64,000 bases of DNA. Source: an uncultured Planctomycetia bacterium. Lineage in GTDB: Bacteria > Omnitrophota > Gorgyraeia > Tantalellales > Tantalellaceae. The stretch covers positions 276 to 64,275 of the forward strand of contig CAZGOG010000006.1 of the NCBI GenBank assembly GCA_964527555.1, written 5' to 3'. The notes beneath the pieces are model-generated. The model was not told the origin of the DNA, did no database searches, and saw only the letters and a program-made list of their open reading frames with translations. Shown piece by piece: positions 37,055-46,848 of this stretch (position 1 is its first letter; the number at the start of each line of letters is the position of its first letter). The translations under genes and the position numbers were made by a program.

Positions 37055-39256
37055 TTATCTTACTTTTTTTATTTTACACGCGATATCTTTCGAAAATTGC
37101 GGGATCTCTACGCGAAGTTCGCCCCCCTTTGACATGATCCCCTCTGTTGAAACAACCTCGCCTTTAAAGGTATCCCACCACTCGACTATATGCCTTCCCT
37201 CTTCTGCAACTTTTACCTGAAAGTAAGCGTTTTTAACCGGCTCCGGTTCTATTTCATAAAAGGTGTCTTTCCAGTTAAAGCCTTTGTTCTGCACCCAAAA
37301 AAGCATCTGGTCCCCTACTACCAGACCGATACATCTGGCATTTGCCTGGTTATCATAAACATAATCTGTAAGCGTTATTGTTTTTATACCCAGCCAGTCT
37401 TTCCCGGTATTATAAAGCGTAATCGTGTGTTTACCCTTCGGGACTTCTATCGCAAAATCCTTGTCATAAACACATTGGTAAACTTCCCACTTTCTTAGAT
37501 AGAGACTCCTTGCCCATGGCCCGTCCCCGGGGCCTGCAAAGAACCTTTTTGCCGCTACTTGCTCGCCATCCAAAAATACATGAAGATGCGCACCCTGGCT
37601 CACTGTTCCTATCCGTATAATGAACTTGCCATCGTTCGGATAATCCACATGGAAAATATGATTTATCCTTTTGTCTTTTTCTTTCTCTCCGTGAAGGAAC
37701 CTGTTTGGCTGCCCCACACCGTCAAGTTCACCGTTATCTAGAACAGTAAAAGTGTTATTGTACAGCTTGGCCCACTTATCTTCCGTTTTGATCACAGCGT
37801 TCCTGTAAGATAGTTTCGCTCCTTCCTCCATATTCAGCATCATGGGGCCGATTTCGGCATATTCCACCTTTTTTGAATCCCAGTCCACCCCATGAAGAAA
37901 CTTTGCCAAAGCGTTATAATGATAATAAAGATCTCTCGGCCGGATATAAGTGTCCCACCACCAGCTCATCGCCGTACCGAAAGATTTCGATAAGCCGGAA
38001 GACCAGAGGCTGTTATGAAGTGCGGTGCCATACCCCTTAGGGTCATAGTATTTATCATCTCTTTGTGCGTCTATCCCGCATTCCGCAATAATAAAAGGTT
38101 TATTATACCTGGAAGCGGGTTCTTTGCTTTTTTGTTCTATTAAAGGGACCATGGAATTCTCCGTGGCGTTACCGTATAGATGAACCGTTACCATACTAAC
38201 GTCGTTTAAGTCCCACACTTCCGATTCATCAGGCACCTCCCCAAACGGATACCCGAAACTTGTAGTAATAAACTGACCGTGCGGATTGATGGACCGTATA
38301 AATGAAGCCATCTCTTCCACCCATTCCGCCGGCGCGTTGTATTCGTTCCACAGTTCAAACGCGATAATGCTGGGGGAATAACTCCACCGGGAAATAATAT
38401 ATCTTAACCTGTTTTTGTACAAGCGTTTGGCTTCTTTATTGGTAAAAAACTCTTCCGGCCTTCTGCAGGGACCGCCGTTAACTTTGTTATAGGGGTTTAA
38501 GTGCCACTTGTTTTCACCCCAGTACCCTTCTTCTTCCATGAGATTGCCGTATGTGTCTATGCATAGAAGGAAATACACGCCCCGCTCTTCCATAAGTTTG
38601 ACGAGTCTGTCTATTTTCGCGGATGACGTTTGGCTGTATTCTCCGAGAGCGCCCCACTCTATGGGAAAGGACCAGCTGGAAAGCCATACTCTGGTCAAAT
38701 TCCCGCCGCACCTCTTAAGGCTGGTTAAATATCTGTCAAAAATCGATATGTGATCTTCCTGTACCCATGCAATATTATGTCCTATACCGAAAAAAGGCCT
38801 CCCCGAGCTGGAGACGAGGTAATGAGGGTTATTTTTGCTCCTGCGCAAGAAACCATCCCCTCCCCCTTTCAGTGAATCAAAAGAGTAAATTTGCGTAGTC
38901 GATTTCAGCGCCTTTGATTCCAGCTTGAGACTATACTGGTACCTGCCTTCCTCTTCGGGGGTATACCGCACCTCCCATGAAGACTTGTTCAGCCAGTTCT
39001 GGTTCTCAAGACAAAAACCGGACAAAGTAACCGTCTTGCCGGAGGGGGCGGTTATAACCATCTCCAGTTGGACCCCTAAAGAATCATTGGGGTTTTCTTT
39101 GAAATACGGAAGAGTAGCGGAAAGCTTAAAAAGCTCATACTGTTTCACCTCTTTAGGCGCGGAAGTGATAGTAATACTTTCAGCAAAACCCGGCGTGTGG
39201 CCAATAAAAGTATACATAAGTATTATAAAGAATATTTTCTTGCAGAAATTATACAT
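37055..39256 (-). CDS. Secreted GH-A clan (GH5-like) glycoside hydrolase with N-terminal Ig-like (DUF5060-like) domain
   Basis: Signal peptide; WEVRYTP, RYIISRW, FELWNE acid/base, IAECG nucleophile and MSWWW. Confidence 0.75.
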   Translation of the reverse strand: MYNFCKKIFFIILMYTFIGHTPGFAESITITSAPKEVKQYELFKLSATLPYFKENPNDSLGVQLEMVITAPSGKTVTLSGFCLENQNWLNKSSWEVRYTPEEEGRYQYSLKLESKALKSTTQIYSFDSLKGGGDGFLRRSKNNPHYLVSSSGRPFFGIGHNIAWVQEDHISIFDRYLTSLKRCGGNLTRVWLSSWSFPIEWGALGEYSQTSSAKIDRLVKLMEERGVYFLLCIDTYGNLMEEEGYWGENKWHLNPYNKVNGGPCRRPEEFFTNKEAKRLYKNRLRYIISRWSYSPSIIAFELWNEYNAPAEWVEEMASFIRSINPHGQFITTSFGYPFGEVPDESEVWDLNDVSMVTVHLYGNATENSMVPLIEQKSKEPASRYNKPFIIAECGIDAQRDDKYYDPKGYGTALHNSLWSSGLSKSFGTAMSWWWDTYIRPRDLYYHYNALAKFLHGVDWDSKKVEYAEIGPMMLNMEEGAKLSYRNAVIKTEDKWAKLYNNTFTVLDNGELDGVGQPNRFLHGEKEKDKRINHIFHVDYPNDGKFIIRIGTVSQGAHLHVFLDGEQVAAKRFFAGPGDGPWARSLYLRKWEVYQCVYDKDFAIEVPKGKHTITLYNTGKDWLGIKTITLTDYVYDNQANARCIGLVVGDQMLFWVQNKGFNWKDTFYEIEPEPVKNAYFQVKVAEEGRHIVEWWDTFKGEVVSTEGIMSKGGELRVEIPQFSKDIACKIKKVR

Positions 39257-39384
39257 GTGCTAGATTTTATCATATTAGTAGAGGAGCCAAAAGCATAAAG
39301 AATGGGAATTTTTCAGTCTGGATAAGCCGTATTTCAAGCTCTGAAAGGCACATTGTCCCGCATGCCAAGAGTATACATACAAAT

Positions 39385-40377
39385 CTAGCAAATGCGCGGC
39401 AGCTGATCCGTCTCAAGCATAGGCAGTATCCGGTTTGCCCCGGCTGTTGTCTTTAAATAAACCTCTTTTTTGTGCCGGCTCGTCACTTCCCCTATGATCC
39501 TTGCTTCCGGGCCAAGCGCTTTTTTGACCTTCCCTGCATCCTTTTCACCGGCAAAACAGATAAATTTTCCTTCGTTTGCCACATATAAGGGGTCAAAACC
39601 CAGAACATCACACAGGCTTTTTACGTTTTTTTTGATCGGGATATCTTTTTCGTTTATCTCTATACCGAAATCGGATGCCCCTGCTATCTCATTAAGCGCT
39701 GTTGCCAGGCCTCCTCTAGTCGGATCACGCATAACGCTGATATTTTTTGAGGCTTTAAGGGCTTTTTCTGCCGCAAAGTTCAGGTTAGCGCAATCACTTT
39801 TTATTCCTGACTCAAACCCGAGATTCTCTCTTGCGTTAAGAATAGCCATCCCATGCTCGGCTATCCCCCCATTAATCAGTATAACATCCCCGGCTTTTGC
39901 TTTTGCGCCGATTCTGAATCCTTTACGCTCTATAACGCCTATACCGCTGGTATTGATAAAAATCTTGTCGCAGGCTCCTCTTTCAACTACTTTCAGGTCA
40001 CCTGTGACAACTTTAACGCCTGCCTTCCGGGAAGATTCTCTTACAGAAGAAGCGATCCTGTCTAAAACGGAGAACTCAAGTCCTTCTTCGATAATAAGCG
40101 CAAGTGAAATAAATAGCGGTTTTGCCCCTTTCATGGATATATCGTTCACCGTACCGCATATGGAAAGTTTGCCGATATCACCTCCCGGGAAAAAGAGCGG
40201 TTTTACCACGAAGGAATCAGTGCTGAACGCCAGATGCCCCGTACCCGTATAAAGCTCCGCGGCATCCGTCATCTCATTAAGAGCTTTATTCGAAAATTTA
40301 ATACGTAAAAGCTCAATAATTTCGTGCATAAGCCTTCCGCCGTTACCGTGTGCGAGTGTTATTTTTTTCTCTTTCAT
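39385..40377 (-). CDS. hypE: Hydrogenase maturation carbamoyl dehydratase
   Basis: LAHGNGG, FFPGGDIG, GTVND, MRDPTRGG and C-terminal PRIC. Confidence 0.96.
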   Translation of the reverse strand: MKEKKITLAHGNGGRLMHEIIELLRIKFSNKALNEMTDAAELYTGTGHLAFSTDSFVVKPLFFPGGDIGKLSICGTVNDISMKGAKPLFISLALIIEEGLEFSVLDRIASSVRESSRKAGVKVVTGDLKVVERGACDKIFINTSGIGVIERKGFRIGAKAKAGDVILINGGIAEHGMAILNARENLGFESGIKSDCANLNFAAEKALKASKNISVMRDPTRGGLATALNEIAGASDFGIEINEKDIPIKKNVKSLCDVLGFDPLYVANEGKFICFAGEKDAGKVKKALGPEARIIGEVTSRHKKEVYLKTTAGANRILPMLETDQLPRIC

Positions 40378-40396
40378 TCGCCTCCGTAGCGTTTAA

Positions 40397-41413
40397 TTAA
40401 CCGCCGTATTTATAATATGCAGCGCAAGTGCCTTCTGAAGAGACCATACACGGGCCGACAGGGGTTTGCGGAGTACATTTCTTCCCGAAAAGAACGCAGT
40501 TCTTCGGTGATTTTATACCCTGGAGAACCGCCCCGCAAACGCATCCCTTCGGCACGGCCGGCTTAGGCACTTTTACCTTGAACTCTTTCTCGGCGTCAAA
40601 CCTCTCGTATTCTTTTTTCAGTTTTAAGCCGCTTTTTGCAATCTCCCCGATCCCGCGCCAGTGGCTGCTTCTGGCCTCAAACGCTTTTTCCAGCACTTTT
40701 TTAGCTTTTACATTTCCGCCTTTAGCGACTGCTCTTTTATATTCGATCTCCACTTTGCTTGAATGAGCCCGTACCTGATCAACAAGGCGTTTTATGCCGT
40801 TTATTATATCGCTGTCATCAAACCCAGTTATGACGCAGGGTTTGCCGTAACGCTTTGCCACGCATTCATAGGGAACGCTTCCGGTTATAACGCTGACGTG
40901 CCCCGGGCAAATAAAGCCGTCCACCTTGATTCGCTTAGAAGAAGCAAGCGCCTCAAGCGCCGGAAAAAGAACTTTGAAATTCGAAAGGATAAAAAAGTTC
41001 CGCACCTTGCGCTTTTCTGCTTCCAGAACTGTCGAAGCAACCGTAGGAGAGGTCGTTTCAAACCCCACTCCCATGAAAACTACTTTTTTCAAGGGATTAT
41101 CTTCGGCTATTTTTAAGGCATCAGTGCACGAGTATACTATACGCACGTCGGCTCCGTCTCTTTTAGCCCCTTCCAGACTTCCGCCGGTGCCTGGGACCCT
41201 CATCATATCACCAAATGTGGCCATAATGACATCTTTCGTACCGGCTATTTTTACGGCCCTGTCTATATCGCTTTGCGGGGTAACGCATACCGGGCAACCC
41301 GGGCCGGAGATTAGTTCTATCTCTCGAGGCAAGAGTTTTTTTATCCCGGATCTGGCGATTGCCATCGTATGCGTCCCGCACACTTCCATAAGTCTTATTT
41401 TTTTCTTTTTCAT
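40397..41413 (-). CDS. hypD: Hydrogenase maturation protein HypD
   Basis: EVCGTH, GPGCPVC, GFETT, PGHVS and GPCMVSSEGTC motifs. Confidence 0.96.
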   Translation of the reverse strand: MKKKKIRLMEVCGTHTMAIARSGIKKLLPREIELISGPGCPVCVTPQSDIDRAVKIAGTKDVIMATFGDMMRVPGTGGSLEGAKRDGADVRIVYSCTDALKIAEDNPLKKVVFMGVGFETTSPTVASTVLEAEKRKVRNFFILSNFKVLFPALEALASSKRIKVDGFICPGHVSVITGSVPYECVAKRYGKPCVITGFDDSDIINGIKRLVDQVRAHSSKVEIEYKRAVAKGGNVKAKKVLEKAFEARSSHWRGIGEIAKSGLKLKKEYERFDAEKEFKVKVPKPAVPKGCVCGAVLQGIKSPKNCVLFGKKCTPQTPVGPCMVSSEGTCAAYYKYGG

Positions 41414-41414
41414 A

Positions 41415-41654
41415 CTATTTCCCGCCGGTATCTTCCCTTATTGTGCGTTTCAGTTCGTCAAGCGCCTTGAGCGTCTCTTGAGCTTCTTTTTTAGCGACTT
41501 TTCCTATAGCAAAACCGGCATGTACGAGGACATAGTCACCCTTTTTAACGCCGCTAAGAATCCCAAGCGATATTTCTTTTTTCGCGCCGCCAAAGTCTAC
41601 CACGGCGACATCTTTCTTTATATTTTTTACCTCAGCAGGAACCGCTAAACACAT
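41415..41654 (-). CDS. hypC: Hydrogenase maturation chaperone
   Basis: MCLAVP N-terminus; GDYVLVHAGFA. Confidence 0.96.
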   Translation of the reverse strand: MCLAVPAEVKNIKKDVAVVDFGGAKKEISLGILSGVKKGDYVLVHAGFAIGKVAKKEAQETLKALDELKRTIREDTGGK

Positions 41655-41661
41655 AATATCC

Positions 41662-42732
41662 TTAGTTTAAATCCGCATTTAACGCCATGTAATACTGTCC
41701 AAGCGCTACATTGAGGTCATTTACAGGCACCTTATTATTTGTAAAGACTTTAAAGCGCAGTGCAACCAGCTCCTTGATGCATCTTTCCCTTAAGAATCCG
41801 TTCTGGAAGACTCCGCCGCTTAAAACTGTATTTTTAATACCGCTCTCTTTAGAGATTTTCTTAACAGTTTCAATGATTATCTTTATCATAGAATTATGAA
41901 ATTTAGTGGCGATAGTTTCTTTGCTTTTTTCTTTTTTCTTGTCCTCTAGCAGAGCGAGAAATATCTTTTTAGGATCTACAACTATTAGTCCCTTTTCATC
42001 TGCTAGATCAAAAGGGTAACTGCCCTTAACTTTCTTGCTGCATAAAGACTCAAGTTTTATGGGGCCTTCCGCTTCGTACGAGGCGTATTCGCATATTCCG
42101 AGAAGTGCCGCAGCAGCATCAAAAAGTCTTCCGGCACTTGACGATAAAGGCGAATTTAACCCCTTCTCCAGCATCTTTAAAACTAGAAACTTTTCTTCCT
42201 TAGGCGCCTCTTTTATTGCAGAAAGCCCGCTTTTTCCCAGTATGCTCAAGACCATGCGCCATGGCTCCAGAACCGCTTTATCACCGCCGGGAAGCATCTG
42301 ATACTTTAGATGCGCTACTCTTTTAAAATGTTTACCCCTAACCGTAAAAAACTCTCCGCCCCATATATTCCCGTCCGTCCCGTATCCGGTCCCGTCAAAG
42401 GAAACACCGATAACCGGCTCTTTCAGCCCGCGTTCATATATCACGCTTGCTATATGCGCGTGATGATGCTGGAAAGCCAGAAGAGTACTCTTCGGAAGTT
42501 TTAAAGATATTTCTTTCGCCAGAGACGATGAAAAATAACCCGGATGCATGTCGCAGGCTATTAACTTCGGCATGACTTTTTTAAGGGCTTTTTGCACTTC
42601 TTTCCTGACTAACGCATAATTTTCTGCATTGCTTAAATCCTGTATATCCGGTCCGAACAAGAGACTTCTTCCCCCGGAGAGAAGAAACCTGTTTTTCGTG
42701 TCAGATCCGAGGGCAAGAACTGTTTTTTTCAT
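41662..42732 (-). CDS. hypF: HypF-like carbamoyltransferase, Kae1-like C-terminal half only
   Basis: VLALG, CDMHPGY, QHHHAH, DGTGYG.DG.IWGGE, SSAGRLFDA and SGGVFQN; no acylphosphatase, Zn-finger or YrdC-like domains. Confidence 0.85.
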   Translation of the reverse strand: MKKTVLALGSDTKNRFLLSGGRSLLFGPDIQDLSNAENYALVRKEVQKALKKVMPKLIACDMHPGYFSSSLAKEISLKLPKSTLLAFQHHHAHIASVIYERGLKEPVIGVSFDGTGYGTDGNIWGGEFFTVRGKHFKRVAHLKYQMLPGGDKAVLEPWRMVLSILGKSGLSAIKEAPKEEKFLVLKMLEKGLNSPLSSSAGRLFDAAAALLGICEYASYEAEGPIKLESLCSKKVKGSYPFDLADEKGLIVVDPKKIFLALLEDKKKEKSKETIATKFHNSMIKIIIETVKKISKESGIKNTVLSGGVFQNGFLRERCIKELVALRFKVFTNNKVPVNDLNVALGQYYMALNADLN

Positions 42733-42743
42733 ATTGTTTTCTC

Positions 42744-42986
42744 TTACTCCACATCAAACGAAAGAACCTGGACGATCGTACCCGGAAACATCGTTATCTC
42801 AAGCGAAGCATCCTCCAGCATGGTGCCCTTCGCTAAAACTTTAAAGGTTTCCCGGAATGAATCTTCCCTGACGCAGGTAAGGTTCCCCACCTTGAGTTTA
42901 ACTTTCGTCACCGTGCTTGCCCCTTCTTCTCTGGCATGTTTTTCTATTCCTTCGATTACCGGCTTTATTAAATGCGTTTCATGCAT
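42744..42986 (-). CDS. hypA: Short HypA nickel chaperone lacking the Zn-finger
   Basis: MHE Ni motif, V.KVKLKVG.L, F...AKGT.LE.A.LEI; only 80 aa, no CxxC pairs. Confidence 0.82.
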   Translation of the reverse strand: MHETHLIKPVIEGIEKHAREEGASTVTKVKLKVGNLTCVREDSFRETFKVLAKGTMLEDASLEITMFPGTIVQVLSFDVE

Positions 42987-43464
42987 TATACGCCTCCTCT
43001 ATGAGTTGAGTCATCTCATCAAGCGTCTTTTTCACGTTAGGCGAGACTTCTTCGCCAAAATCGACATTCTCCGGCTGAACGGCCAGCATATAAATATCGG
43101 CGGCCAGCTCCTTCTCAAGGTATTCAATAAACATGACCGGTGAAAGGTCATGCGTGGTAAACCCGGATCTGACTATGTCTTTCTTCTTCAAAATATCGTA
43201 TTCGCCGCTAGCCATGCCCAGCTGTGCCGCATCAGCAATAAGAACCGTTCGTGGAGCCCTCTTGACGATCTTACCCAGATAGTTTTCTGGAGCCGTCCCG
43301 GCATCGATGCACACAGCGCCGATCCTATCCTTTATCCTTTCGATTAAAAGAGGTCCGAAAGCATCGTCGCCCCTTAGGACGTTACCCACCCCTACTATCA
43401 AGCACTCCTTTTTAAACACAGCCTGAAGAGTACGGTATATTTTTTGTTTTTTGTTTTTCATCAC
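42979..43464 (-). CDS. hycI: Hydrogenase maturation endopeptidase (HycI type)
   Basis: GVGNVLRGDDAFG, DAGTAPEN, DAA and TTH motifs. Confidence 0.9.
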   Translation of the reverse strand: MMKNKKQKIYRTLQAVFKKECLIVGVGNVLRGDDAFGPLLIERIKDRIGAVCIDAGTAPENYLGKIVKRAPRTVLIADAAQLGMASGEYDILKKKDIVRSGFTTHDLSPVMFIEYLEKELAADIYMLAVQPENVDFGEEVSPNVKKTLDEMTQLIEEAYNA

Positions 43465-43500
43465 GTGGAAGCGGTTAAAATCACCCGCATTAGTTGCTTT

Positions 43501-44130
43501 TTAGCCTTCTTCGTTCTCTTTCGTAGTAAGAGTGGTTTCTCTCCTACAGCGCGCGCAAAGGATCTTCACCCTGTCGGAACGGCCGTAATCCTTCATCGCG
43601 GAGATAATATTATTATCTACAATACCAAGACTTTTAAGGCGGGCTAGGTATAAGGTGGGACTTGAATAGGTCAACTCCCCTATTTTCTCAGAGATCCATT
43701 TCAGGTGATCCTTGCAGGCGATCACATCGCCGCACACCTCACAGAGCTGAAGCTCCTTCTCAATCGTCTCCTGAGCTTCACCCCTGTCAAAGAAGGCAAG
43801 ATCCCAGTCATTGGAGAGTTTAATACCTTCATTATCAGCGATACAGGCGGCTTCACACTGGCCGCAGAATATGCAGGTATCTGTATAATGGATGAGCGTC
43901 CTTTTCGGCTTTTCAGAATCAGTCTCATCCTTGTAATCAAGTGCCTCCACGGGACAGACCTGCACGCATGCAAGGCATCCCACGCACTTTTCGTCATTAT
44001 ATTTGGGTTGTCCCCGAAAGTTCTTATGCGCGACGTGCGCTACTTTAGGGAATTTAGACGTATACGGCCCTTTTATAAGCGCTTTTATCGCTTCTATAAG
44101 CTCCCTTATTTTGGGTTTCGGTATCCTCAT
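43501..44130 (-). CDS. Hydrogenase 2x[4Fe-4S] subunit (MbhN/NuoI-like) with extra C-terminal CxxC pairs
   Basis: CVGCLACVQVCP, CIFCGQCEAAC, CEVC and CARC; start MRIPK at 44130. Confidence 0.88.
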   Translation of the reverse strand: MRIPKPKIRELIEAIKALIKGPYTSKFPKVAHVAHKNFRGQPKYNDEKCVGCLACVQVCPVEALDYKDETDSEKPKRTLIHYTDTCIFCGQCEAACIADNEGIKLSNDWDLAFFDRGEAQETIEKELQLCEVCGDVIACKDHLKWISEKIGELTYSSPTLYLARLKSLGIVDNNIISAMKDYGRSDRVKILCARCRRETTLTTKENEEG

Positions 44131-44131
44131 C

Positions 44132-44467
44132 CTATATCTCACCCTCTTTATCTTCAGCATACCTGTCAATAACGCTTTTTTCCCAGAGCTTGACTCCCGC
44201 TCTATGCGCGCCTCTTGCCACTGCGTGCGCTGCTACCGGTGCCGTCAAAAGTATGAACACTATGCAAAGAAGAGATTTAAGACCGGCTGCCGTGAACCCC
44301 ACTACCAGGAACGTCCCGAAGAGGATACTGCAAGTACCCAGCGTAACGCTTTTTGTCGCAGCCTGGAGACGGTTATATACGTCCGGCAGCCTCACCAGCC
44401 CCAGACAGCCGAAAAGGTCAAACGCAAGACCAACAGCAATAAAGACTAACCCGATAATATTACTCAT
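44132..44467 (-). CDS. mnhG: Mrp/Mnh subunit G (MbhC-like)
   Basis: RLPDVYNRLQAATKSVTLG and TAPVAAHA motifs. Confidence 0.9.
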   Translation of the reverse strand: MSNIIGLVFIAVGLAFDLFGCLGLVRLPDVYNRLQAATKSVTLGTCSILFGTFLVVGFTAAGLKSLLCIVFILLTAPVAAHAVARGAHRAGVKLWEKSVIDRYAEDKEGEI

Positions 44468-44837
44468 CGAAACCTTTTCCTTCTAAATATTTTGAAAGTG
44501 CAAGCGTCCCTATAAAACTTTGAAGCGCCCAGGCTATACCAATGTCTATATACCATGACCTGCCGGTCGAAATCGTCAAAACGGAACAAAAACCGATTAT
44601 CATGATACCGAAAATATCTATCGCAACGATCCTATCGGCGCCTGTAGGCCCCCTGAATATGCGGTAAAGGCAAAGCGCACAGGCAAGAACCAGTATATAC
44701 ATGGCCCTGCCTAAAAACCCGACAAAGGGAAGATCAGGATAAAAAAGAAACGGAAACGGCCTTATTAGGATAAGGGTGATTATGGTAATGAGTGAAAGAG
44801 CCCCTAAGATCCATCTTAATATCTTCATGTTTTTCAA
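44460..44837 (-). CDS. mnhF: Mrp/Mnh subunit F (MbhB-like)
   Basis: RIFRGPTGADRIVAID and SFIGTLALSKYL motifs. Confidence 0.88.
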   Translation of the reverse strand: MKNMKILRWILGALSLITIITLILIRPFPFLFYPDLPFVGFLGRAMYILVLACALCLYRIFRGPTGADRIVAIDIFGIMIIGFCSVLTISTGRSWYIDIGIAWALQSFIGTLALSKYLEGKGFDE

Positions 44838-44844
44838 TTATCCC

Positions 44845-45342
44845 TTATTCAAAGATTTTAGCTAAAATATCCTCAAACCTCTCCACAATCACTTTTGTTG
44901 CGGAAGAGACGTCTTTCTCCGTTACATTGATCCAGTGTATATAGAGAACGCCGCCCTCCCTGTCGATATCAACGCTCATGGTCCCCGGTGTAAGGGTTAT
45001 GGAATTAGCCAGAAAGGTGAGCGCCGTATCCGACTTAAGTTTAGTCTTAACCTTGACGATTCCCGGGTTTATCGGAAGCTTTGGATGCGTTACGCGATAC
45101 GCAACATCGATATTCGCTTTCAGACACTCCCATAAAAACCTCGGCACATAATAAGCTATAAAATACCAGTAACGGTGCGGGTGTTTAAGTATCTGGGGTC
45201 TGGTTATAAAAAGATCGCCCGTCGCAGCGGCGACAAAAGCTACTATAAAAACCCCGACTAAAAGATGCTGCCAGTCCGGTGGCCACGTCAGCATGCACCA
45301 TATAACAAAACCACAAACAAATAAGACTAATTTCTGTTTCAT
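44845..45342 (-). CDS. mnhE: Mrp/Mnh subunit E (MbhA-like)
   Basis: KANIDVA, INPGIV, LANSITLTPGT and LYIHWI motifs. Confidence 0.9.
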   Translation of the reverse strand: MKQKLVLFVCGFVIWCMLTWPPDWQHLLVGVFIVAFVAAATGDLFITRPQILKHPHRYWYFIAYYVPRFLWECLKANIDVAYRVTHPKLPINPGIVKVKTKLKSDTALTFLANSITLTPGTMSVDIDREGGVLYIHWINVTEKDVSSATKVIVERFEDILAKIFE

Positions 45343-46848
45343 TTATCCGATCCCTTTGAAAACAATAGCGGCATATTTAGTTCCCTCTAAAAGGGCGTCT
45401 GCCGCCTGTGAAAGAAAATCCGTCTTTACCGCGCCCACCAGGAGAAGCCCTCCCAGAACACATATAAGCGCTAAGGCGCTCATGGCGAGTTTCATGAAGA
45501 CGGGCACCTCTTTCACCTGGTCCCATTTCTTTTTTAAGCGGTCGAAAAAGGCATATTTCATGACTTTCATGAAAGATGCAAGAGTCAATACGCTCGCTAT
45601 GACCGCCCATAAAGCGTAGCCGTAGCGCCCTGCCTGGACTGCCGCGATGATTATAATAAGCTTGCTCCAGAAGCCGTTAAAAGGCGGCACCCCCGCAATA
45701 GACATCGAAGCGATAAGACTCGTCGCTCCGGTAACGGGCATTTTCTCCGCCAGGCCGCCCATTTCCTTGAGATCACGCGTTCCCGTTGAATATTCGACAG
45801 CGCCGGAATTCAAGAAAAGCAGCGACTTAAACACGGAATGGTTAAAAAGATGAAATAACCCTCCCAGAATACCCAGCGGCGTAGCCAGGCCTATACCGAG
45901 CACTACATAACCTATCTGACTTATCGAATGATACGCAAGAAGCCTTTTAAAATCCCACTGCCCTATAGCCAGGAAAACCCCTATTACCATAGATAGCGTC
46001 CCGAGAACTAAAAGTATGGAGGAGATCTCGGCGCTCATACCGATGACATTGTACAAGATCCTGCAAAGCGCATATATACCGAGAGATTTTATGAGCACTC
46101 CCGAAAGCATCGCCGAAATAGGCGCCGGTGCGGAAGGATGGGCATCCGGGAGCCATGCATGGAACGGGACAAGCGCCGCTTTAAGCCCGAACCCCATGAC
46201 GAAGAGTACCGTTACCATCACCGTTATGTCGCCGCCGCCTTTTGCCGCAAGTACCTGCGCCATATCCGCCATATTAAGAGTGGAAGTATAACTGTACAGG
46301 AAAACAATACCCAGAAGAACGAAAAGCGAAGCCACGGTACTCATGATAGCGTACTTAAAAGCGGCTTCGAGCTCATGCTTCTCCGTCCCGAAAGCGACCA
46401 GCGCGTAACTTGCTACAGACGCTATCTCAAGAAAAACAAACAGGTTGAACATGTCGCCCGTTATAATGACCCCGTTCATCCCGGCAAGCATCAGGAGAAA
46501 CAATGAGTAAAACTTCCACTTGGAGGTATACTTTTCCATATAATTTATCGAAAAAACAGCTATTATAAAAGCGACCAGGTTCACCGTGACCAGCATGAAC
46601 GATGTCAGCCCGTCCAGCACCATGGCGATACCAATGGGAGGTTTCCAGGCACCGACGCTATATACCAAAGTACCGTTCTGGTTTACGACCCAGACCGATA
46701 CAAGCGAAAGCGCCATGAGAGCTAAAGTAAACACCCCTCCCGTCAGGTCGGGCGCCCACTTCACCTTTTTGCCTATAAGCGGCAGGAGGAACGCCCCGGC
46801 CAGAGGCAGTGCGACAAAAAGCGGTATTATATTAGATGCCGGCATCAT
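45343..46848 (-). CDS. mnhD: Mrp subunit D / MbhH proton-translocating antiporter-like subunit
   Basis: DMFNLFVFLE, KAALVPFHAWLPDAH, KRLLAYHS and GVPPFNGFWSK motifs. Confidence 0.9.
   Translation of the reverse strand: MMPASNIIPLFVALPLAGAFLLPLIGKKVKWAPDLTGGVFTLALMALSLVSVWVVNQNGTLVYSVGAWKPPIGIAMVLDGLTSFMLVTVNLVAFIIAVFSINYMEKYTSKWKFYSLFLLMLAGMNGVIITGDMFNLFVFLEIASVASYALVAFGTEKHELEAAFKYAIMSTVASLFVLLGIVFLYSYTSTLNMADMAQVLAAKGGGDITVMVTVLFVMGFGLKAALVPFHAWLPDAHPSAPAPISAMLSGVLIKSLGIYALCRILYNVIGMSAEISSILLVLGTLSMVIGVFLAIGQWDFKRLLAYHSISQIGYVVLGIGLATPLGILGGLFHLFNHSVFKSLLFLNSGAVEYSTGTRDLKEMGGLAEKMPVTGATSLIASMSIAGVPPFNGFWSKLIIIIAAVQAGRYGYALWAVIASVLTLASFMKVMKYAFFDRLKKKWDQVKEVPVFMKLAMSALALICVLGGLLLVGAVKTDFLSQAADALLEGTKYAAIVFKGIG

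Noticed and set aside
39470-41648. Long plus-strand ORFs opposite hypE/hypD (260 aa, 240 aa) and similar antisense ORFs throughout the window
   Set aside because: They are antisense shadows of well-conserved minus-strand genes and carry no motifs.
41662-42986. hypF and hypA as pseudogenes
   Set aside because: Both are open frames with clean domain-boundary deletions, intact catalytic or metal motifs and tight operon spacing. They are treated as reduced genes pending comparison.
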